In this document: in pieces, positions 51,801 to 64,000 of the stretch
Layout of the letters: each line of letters begins with the position of its first letter
Position numbering within the stretch: the stretch's first letter is position 1
DNA from: the human T2T-CHM13v2.0 reference genome, Homo sapiens
DNA: 64,000 bases
Direction: 5' to 3' (one strand)
Assembly (NCBI RefSeq): GCF_009914755.1
Contig: NC_060937.1
Position numbers and translations under genes: made by a program
The notes under the pieces: generated by a model
Told to the model about the DNA's origin: nothing
The model's database searches: none
The model's input: only the letters and a program-made list of their open reading frames with translations

Positions 51801-52339
51801 CTTATATGCTGAGCAAGGGAATAGCAGAGGATAGTGGGAGAGTGAAAGTGCTATAGACATCGTAGAAAAGAGTAAAGTTGGTTACCATTAATTTAATAGC
51901 AGTTCCACATTTCCCAGTTTAAATTATTTAATTTATACCACCACAAGATAGAAGAACCGAAGTTGGCAAATCAGGAAGTCACTTCAGACCTTCCTTATAC
52001 CCTTCAGTAAACTCAAAGCTTCAGAAATTTAACTGTTTAGTTAGATAACTTTTAAGTTGCTTTACAATCAATGCTGACTAGTAACCGCTACCATTCCCCT
52101 CAAGAGAATTAAACATTTATAAAAGGGACTGACACCAATAAGTTGAACCAACCTCTAACTGATCAAAGTCCAGGCTAAGTAGTAGGGGGAAAAAACCTAG
52201 TGTCTTAGCAGTTAGGCCACTTCCATCCCATCCAGCAGGATACAATCTTCCATACCATCGTCATCAGCTCTTTATAATGTACATATCAGAAACGAAGTGG
52301 AGTTAACTTCTTGTTTGATTACTGCTCTATGCAAAAAAT

Positions 52340-52563
52340 GAAAGAAGAAGGAAGGAAGGAGAAGGAGAAGAAAGGAGGAGGAGAAGAAAGGAGGAAGGAG
52401 AAGAAGAAAGGAGAAAGGAGGAGGAGGAGGAGGCGAAGGTGAAGGTGAGGAGGAGGAGGAGAAGGAAGAGGAAGAAGAGAAGAGGAGGAGGAGGAAGAGG
52501 AAGAGGAGGAAGAGGAAGAAGAAAAAGAAGAATAACAACAACAAGAGGAGGAGGAAGAAGAAA
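52340..52563 (+). repeat. Compound (GAG/GAA)n polypurine simple repeat
   Basis: About 220 nt, almost entirely G/A on the plus strand. Confidence 0.95.
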
Positions 52564-52737
52564 CAACCAATAGATAGAAAAGAAACAAGCAGAACAAACA
52601 AAACATTTTTTAAAAAGTCCAGCTACTTGGGGAGTGGTGTCATGAGGAGAAAACCTTGTATCTATAAAGAAGCTACCTACAGAAGCCAAGGAACTTCAGA
52701 TACCGTGCTTCAAAATTCCTATGTCAAACTACTTCAT

Positions 52738-53125
52738 GGTCTCAGTCCATTTTATGTTGCTATAACTGAATACATCATAAGATTGGATAATTTATAAAGA
52801 AAAGAAGTTTATTTCTTACAGTTTTGGTGGCTGGGTGGGAACTCTCTGCAGAGGCCCAAGGCAGCAGAGGGGCAAGGGGGCTCACAGGAGACAGGCAAAT
52901 TGATCTTTATAATTGACTCACTCTGATGATAACAAGCCCACTCCCTTGACAATTCACTACTCCTTTAATCCATTAATCCACCAATCCATGAATGAATTAA
53001 TCCATTTATGAGGGTTCTGCCTTCATGACCCATCACCTCCCAAAGGTTCCCACCTCTCAACACTGCCACACTGGGGACCAAGTTTCCAACAAATGAACTT
53101 TTGGGGGACACATTTAAACCACAGC
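52738..53125 (-). mobile_element. MaLR solo LTR (MST/MLT1A-like)
   Basis: GTCTCAGTCCATTTTATGTTGCTATAACTGAATAC...TTTTGGGGGACACATTTAAACCACAGCA. Confidence 0.75.
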
Positions 53126-53722
53126 ATGGTCCACACTCCTTAACTTCTAAGTTTGACCTTGCAATTGGCTAAGGCTCCCTTATCACTGCCAAGGTTAAGT
53201 ATTCCCACACTACACTGTTTAAGTACTTCAGTCAACAAATATGTATTTCTCACATACTAAATTCTAGGCACTGTGCAAAGCACAGCAGAATTAAAGATGT
53301 ATAAGACCAGGGCCAACTACAATGTAATGTGACAAATGTACTATGGTTGTATAAATAAGCTATGTATTTGCAAAGGAGGTAGTAAATAATGCTTTAGGGT
53401 AGTGTGTTTCAGGGACTGGCAACCAGCCAATCCACACACACCAGAGTAGAAATCAACTACGTCACTAAGCATGATATTTAGTTCAGCTGGTATTTTTTCA
53501 TTTTTTTCTTATCAACAAAGGAAGTAATATACTGATTTACATTCTGGTACAAGCTCTTTTGTTACAGACTGGCACTCTGGTAGCACTGACATAGAGGTGG
53601 TGAAAAGTAAGGAGAGAGTAGTAAGTCAGGCAACCTTTAAAACAAGCCTACACGATAAGTAAGATTTTGCCAAAGAGATCAAAGAAAAAGGTATTCTAAT
53701 ATACTCTACTACAGGTGGCCTA

Positions 53723-54169
<447 letters not shown>

Positions 54170-54285
54170 TTAATACCTGATACACTTTCGTTGAATTATA
54201 TTTATTCTCAGTTCTGAATCTTCGTGCTTCTGCTGGTCTTCCTCAGAATTACCTCTAAAGCCTTAAAGGGCAGCATCTAACTTTT

Positions 54286-54932
54286 TCACAGAAGAGTACA
54301 TCTGGCACATCACCACCCACGACAGTGGATTTAAAGTGAACCTTAAACTAAGGCGAGCCAAGTACAAATGTAACCTGCTGCTCATAAGAGTCTGAAGTAT
54401 CTTTCTTGCCCTTTAAGGATAGTTCTTCTTGTTTTCATCCCAGGCTCTCTTCATTTTTTAATTCCAGGAAAAGAGCAGTTGACTTTAAAAGTGCAACTGA
54501 TCATTACAGTAGTTCTGCATAGTCTTCTGCTTCAGGATGAAGTGTTCTAGTATTTTCTGAGAAGGCAGTATAACAGTGCCCTAGTGGAATTTCAAGTATA
54601 TTACAGCTAGACATCAACTAAACTTTCTTCCTTAGTAAGTGTAAAACCACAGGTTACATGGTGATGCTCAAATTTCTTTAATCATAGGAATGAATTCCTG
54701 ATCTTCTCATTGTTAAGAACAAGCACCTGTATCTCTTATCCTTAGCACCTGTGCATCTTATTTAGCGGTAAGCCTGGGATGAAAACAAGAAGAACTATCC
54801 TTAAAGATCAAGAAAGATACTTCAAACTCCTTTGAGCAGCAGGTTACATTTGTACTTAGCTCACCTTAGTTTAAGGTTTCAGTTTAAATCCACTGACATG
54901 GGTAGTCATGTGCCAGATGTACTGTTCTGTGA
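54286..54932. repeat. Long inverted repeat: arms 54286-54446 and 54771-54932, 324-nt spacer
   Basis: Manual alignment gives 13 substitutions and 1 indel over ~161 bp; I do not recognise it as Alu or L1. Confidence 0.95.
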
Positions 54933-55248
54933 TAATACACTTCTGTATAATACACTTTTTGGTAAGAGTACCCACCCATTATTGCCTCAACCACTGAACA
55001 TCTGACAGGTGACATGCAGTAGCCCCCCTCAAAGAGCAACATACAGTCCCATTATGACACATTTGCTACTTAAATGAAGAGTTCTTATTAGGTCTTCCTA
55101 AAACTACGTTCAATAATAGTCTTACATAATATGCCTTATGGTCCTCTTCCCTAGTTCCAACATTCTAAGGGAATTCAATGAATTTAACTACATTAATAAG
55201 CCTTGTCACAGTAAAACAGTTATTTCACCAGTTCTGAACTCTACTCAC

Positions 55249-55325
55249 TTCCTTCTTTCTTCCCTCCACCGTGCAATTTCCTCTGGAGTGTCTAACTTGA
55301 TCTTCTTCATGCCAGGAGCATGCAT
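55249..55325 (-). CDS. NUFIP1: NUFIP1 exon 5 (77 nt): MHAPGMKKIKLDTPEEIARWREERR(K), start of the Rsa1/NUFIP1 SNU13-binding PEP motif
   Basis: Acceptor TTTTTCCCCCTAG, donor GAA|GTGAGT; phase 0 to phase 2. Confidence 0.95.
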
Positions 55326-55948
55326 CTAGGGGGAAAAAGCCTGCTGAACATCAGGAGGCAATATCATATGCTTTTGACTAACTTGGAGACTTTGTTTCTA
55401 CAAGTAAACTTATGTTGGACACAATTTTAAAACCAAGTAAGCAGGTTGTATCTATTTGTGTTATAACTTTTCCTTTAAAGGAAGAAGAATCTATCATGTA
55501 TTTAATTAGTGCTATTAATAGAGGGAAAAGGGGTAACATAATTTTGATTACAAAGTAGATATGCCACCCATTCTCTCAAATGACATTAAACACCCAAATG
55601 AATGACTTACCAATCAAAACCTAGAGAGGCCACTAAAGATATGAGTAGACGTGACAATCTGTAGCAGCATGGTGTAGTAAAGCAGTATACAATTTGGAGT
55701 CAAGAAACTGAGGTCCAAGAATCAATTCTCAGGCCTTGGGCAATTCATTTTTTAAAATATTTTAAATGGGGCCAATATAAACAACCATAGTTGTTTGTGA
55801 GGAAAAAGTTGAATAAATGATGTCAAAATCCTTACAAAGTACTCCATTAGTGTTACCTATTATTAGGTATATAAATAAACAGTTGTGAAGATAACAGATC
55901 AATAAAAAGAGCATGTATTTAAAAATAGGATAAAAAAACAGAACTTAC

Positions 55949-56011
55949 ATTTCTCCAATGGAACTGGACAATCTTCTCGTGTGCAGTAAAAGAGCAATCT
56001 AATTCAGGGCA
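55949..56011 (-). CDS. NUFIP1: NUFIP1 exon 4 (63 nt): [21 protein letters not shown], most of a second zinc-finger-like motif
   Basis: Acceptor CTCATAG, donor AAT|GTAAGT; phase 0-0. Confidence 0.95.
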
Positions 56012-56780
56012 CTATGAGTTTTTAAAAGAAAAAAAAAACTATTTAACAAATGTTTTCCATGTTAAATTTACCCCACTATACATACACAGACATATTCTGG
56101 CTGTATTACATAGTTATCCCATCTGTATAGTATTATCTCTGCATACAAAAATGACTCCAAAACAGGGCTGCCTTTAGGCAAAGGAATGACACTCTCAGAG
56201 TATGTGGCACAATAATATATCTTATTTACTTCTCCATTTGAGCAAAGGCATACATCAATAAACCTGTGAAATGCTCTTAATTCCTAAAGTTGAGGGGCAT
56301 TCCCAAAAACAGAAAAAGAACCTTTCAAAACCAAAGGCTTCCTTTTAAACCTTTTAAACATTTTGGTTAAAGTTTTCTAGCTAGTACCTGACAAGGTGTG
56401 GACCAGCCTTTGAGGGTGATAGGCACAGCCACATTACACAGTATGGTTTAATGGTCAAGGGCAGACTTAAAGGGGAAAGAACTCATTAAGATGCACAAGG
56501 TAACTAGAGGAGAGGACAGCCTCTTCCCAAGCAGTAGAGGTACACACATACAAAAAGCTGTCAGAGCTCCCTTCTTTGCTACCATCTTACCTCGTCCCTG
56601 AAGCAGCGGGATCCCCACTTTCAAACCCCAGGGTCACTGCCCCTATCTGTCAAGTTGTCAAACTATATCTCTACAGAAACTATAAACTTTAAAGGAAAAC
56701 AAGCTTGGCATTTCTACCAAATATACAGATAGAAGAAGCACAATTGCTACATCAGTTTCAGGACAACTAAGAAAACCTAC

Positions 56781-56879
56781 TTTTGTATGTTCAGACATGT
56801 GTTTGTCATACTTTTCTTGATTTTTAAAACCACGATCACAGGTATCACAAAAAAAGTGAAAAACTGGTTCCTTTCTTTT
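56781..56879 (-). CDS. NUFIP1: NUFIP1 exon 3 (99 nt): [34 protein letters not shown]2H2 zinc finger C-x2-C-x12-H-x3-H
   Basis: Acceptor TTTGCAG, donor AAA|GTAGGT; overlaps ORF 56658..56885; phase 0-0. Confidence 0.96.
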
Positions 56880-57244
56880 CTGCAAACAAAAACAGAGAGG
56901 AATTAGGCTTTTGGTGAAAAATCTGTAATCAATAATAAAAACATAACTATCATTCTAGTAATACACACTTTGATGTTTCCAATAACCCTTTCGTGTGGGA
57001 GAAGCTTGTGAGTATATTTCCAATGAAGAGATTATTCTATTTCTTTCTTTCATTTTGTTTTTAACAAATATATTAGTGAAACCCAGGCATAATTTTAAAC
57101 TTTTTTAATCCAAATAGTGCTAATATAAATTATGAGCAGATTGCAAATTGGTTATCTAATTAAGACTCAGTACAGAATATGTTGAAATGATCTGAAAATA
57201 AATAGAATAAAAACAGCAGCTCATCTTTTAGAAAAAAATAACTA

Positions 57245-57585
57245 CAGCTGACCCTTGAACAACACAGGTTTGAACTGCAAGGGTCCACTTATAAAAGGAT
57301 TTTTTTCAGTAAATATATTGGAAAATTTTTTTGGAGATTTGTGACAATTTGGAAAAACTCACAGATAAACCACATAGCCTTAGAAATATCAAAAAAAAAA
57401 GTATGTCAAGAAGGTATAAAATATATGTGGACACCATTTCATTTCTATACTAACCGACTATTTATGTTATTGGTAAGACTTCCAGTCAATAGTAGACCAT
57501 TAGTAGTTAAGTTTTAGAGGAGTCAAAAGTTACACACAAACTTCTGACTGCACCTCTAACTGTTGCGTTGTTCAAGTATCAACTA
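57245..57585 (+). mobile_element. Tigger2a/MER8-type MITE
   Basis: TA|CAGCTGACCCTTGAACAACACAGGTTTGAACTGC...GTTGTTCAAGTATCAACTA terminal inverted repeats. Confidence 0.8.
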
Positions 57586-57588
57586 TAT

Positions 57589-57880
<292 letters not shown>

Positions 57881-58153
57881 AGGTAAAATAAAAGTATCAA
57901 ATATATATCTATTTCTAAAACCACAGAAAAGAAACAAAAATTTAGTTATGTATTATTTTTGAATCCCAATTTGCTATATTCATGTTTAACATAAAACATA
58001 AAACATGTTTAACCATAAAATTCCTTTTTATAGCAAGGCTCCACTGTGTCAATAATGGAAGCAAAACACTGAAGACAGTTATGACAGAAATGCAAGATAT
58101 GAAACAGTAACATAGGGACCAAGGGGTCAAATTCAAGAACATCTTTCAAATAC

Positions 58154-58236
58154 CTTTTTTTTCTGTTTTCTACTGGGAGGTAAGCTGAAGTCTGTGAATT
58201 TTGCATCATACTTTCGTGGATAATAAGAATTTTTAA
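58154..58236 (-). CDS. NUFIP1: NUFIP1 exon 2 (83 nt): (V)KNSYYPRKYDAKFTDFSLPPSRKQKKK
   Basis: Poly-T tract plus AG at 58238-58237; donor AAG|GTATTT; phase 1 to phase 0. Confidence 0.95.
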
Positions 58237-58807
58237 CTAAAAAAAAAAAGATCCATAAATGTTTGCAACAATGTAATTATTTAAATTATAATTAAATTTT
58301 ATCTACTACAGCATGTTACAAATATTTCAGTAAAAACACTAGTAAACTACCCTTCTAGGAAGAATACTAGTTCAAACAAAATAACAAAGATTAAGATTAG
58401 TCTACCAAATGACTATTTTTCAAACAAAGAAAGACTGGTGTGATTATATGTCCACAGAAACTTTAGGCGTCAAAGTGCAGAAATGGACAACCTAACCTGA
58501 TGAAATTCCTTCGGTTATTTCAAATATTAGAAATGTAACCAGTAAAATCCCCAACACTGCTCCTTCAGCATCAATTTCGCACCAGGAAAACAGAACCTTG
58601 TGAAATATATCTCCTCTCAAATCCCACTGTACTTTTCCATTCTTATTACCATGCCCCAAGTCAGAAATTCTGATCTTCCACCAGATTACTCCTATATTGT
58701 CTTCCAGTTCATAAGCCCCCTCTTCCAACAAACCTTACATACTGACACCAAAAAAAAAAAAAAATTCTCCAATCCTGTCACAACCTGGCTCAAAAATTTG
58801 CATATGG

Positions 58808-60091
<1,284 letters not shown>

Positions 60092-60346
60092 AGCTTCCTA
60101 GAGACCTTCCATGAGATTCTAATTTATTTTCTTACCCTACCCTTCCCCATACCTTTCACATACTCTGCTTCAGTCACACCAGAACCCTGCAATCTCCAGA
60201 ACTTGCCTTGTACTGACACCTCTTTCTCTACCTAGGAAACATCTCTTCCCAAATTCTATACATCTCCTAAGACACTTCTTCCAAAAGCTTTTCCCAATTT
60301 CCTCTACATTCTGAAATCAGCTATTATATGCCTCTATCATCAGTCA

Positions 60347-60750
<404 letters not shown>

Positions 60751-60795
60751 AAAACACTAATTGTTCAGATTCAGTTTAATGCAGAATTGAATTTT

Positions 60796-61136
60796 TTTTT
60801 ATTATTATACTTTAAGTTTTAGGGTACGTGTGCACAATGTGCAGGTTAGTTACATATGTATACATGTGCCATACTGGTGTGCTGCACCCATTAACTCGTC
60901 ATTTAGCATTAGGTATATCTCCTAATGCTATACCTCCCCGTTCCCCCCACCCCACAACAGTCCCCAGAGTGTGATGTTCTCCTTCCTGTGTCCATGTGTT
61001 CTCATTGTTCAATTCCCATCTATGAGAGAGAACATGTGGTGTTTGGTTTTCTGTCCTTGCAATAGTTTACTGAGAATGATGACTTCCAATTTCATCCATG
61101 TCCCTACAAAGGATATGAACTCATCATTTTTTATGG
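60796..61136 (-). mobile_element. 5'-truncated L1PA (approximately L1PA2-4) 3' end
   Basis: L1PA 3' UTR text with the GAG (non-Ta) diagnostic AAATGACGAGTTAATGGG; 18-bp TSD AATGCAGAATTGAATTTT at 60778-60795 and 61137-61154. Confidence 0.9.
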
Positions 61137-61504
61137 AATGCAGAATTGAATTTTCTGCAAAGTTGGAGAATGGTTTTAAATTAACACTCTTGTAGCTTGA
61201 AATATGATCTATATGGTGTCAACACCCAAATTTATAGCTCCAGCCACAAATCTCCCCTGAAAGTAGACTAATAGCTAAAAGCCTATTCAATATCTCTACC
61301 TGACACAAATATATTCCAACTTTAATTCCTGGACTTCCTTCCAAATCTGCTCCATCCACATTCTTACCTATCTCAGTTAATAGCAACTCCATCCTTCCAA
61401 TTGTTTGGCAAAAAAACTTTAAATTATCCTTCTCTCCTCTTTATCTTGCATCCCATATATCCTATCTTTCAGTAAATCATGCAGTCCCCACCTTTAAGGT
61501 ATAA

Positions 61505-63741
<2,237 letters not shown>

Positions 63742-64000
63742 AGATCTAGAATCCAACTACTTCTCACCATCCCTTGGGCTTCACCCTGGTCCAAGTCTCC
63801 AATATCTCTTGTTTAGAAAAGTAACTACAATAGCTTCCTAACCGGTTTCCCTTTCAGTCAGTTCTCACCAACAGACACATTAATCCTCTTAAAACGTAAA
63901 TCAGGTCATGTCAATCCGCTGTACTACCCACCTCACAACAGTAAAAGTCAAAGTCCCACGATCTACAAAGACATACCAGGTCTTACCCTCCTCCCCCATC

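Noticed and set aside
52272-52689. Three overlapping low-complexity ORFs (poly-S/L/F/P)
   Set aside because: Produced by the stop-free (CTC/TTC)n repeat.
54530-54564. Box C/D-like pair (GGATGA...CTGA with a short closing stem) in the inverted-repeat spacer, tempting because NUFIP1 assembles C/D snoRNPs
   Set aside because: The C box is non-canonical, the boxes are only ~16 nt apart and they lie antisense to the host gene; expected by chance.

Overview
Human (primate) genomic DNA, AT-rich and dense in repeats. The one protein-coding gene is NUFIP1 (box C/D snoRNP assembly factor and FMR1 interactor) on the minus strand. I traced nine coding exons (exons 2-10, 1076 coding nt) by hand. All have GT-AG boundaries and consistent phases, and the stop codon is at 17268-17270. 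The 3' UTR runs down towards about 15.3-17.1 kb, and exon 1 with the promoter lies beyond the right edge. Positions 1 to about 15 kb are intergenic. The rest is more than 40 Alus (including a consensus-perfect AluYa5), L1/L2/MIR/CR1 relics, solo LTRs (THE1, LTR33, LTR40, MaLR) and DNA transposon fossils (Tigger1/2/3, MER1, MER5, MER30, MADE1). Nearly all ORFs in the supplied track are Alu, L1 or simple-repeat artefacts. I see no new multi-gene system. The best unexplained signal is a ~161-bp, ~91%-identical non-Alu inverted repeat in NUFIP1 intron 5, where all 7 transition mismatches form G-U pairs on the transcribed strand. Next come candidate poison exons and a recursive-splice-like site. 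Repeat family names come from recalled consensus sequences and their boundaries are approximate.
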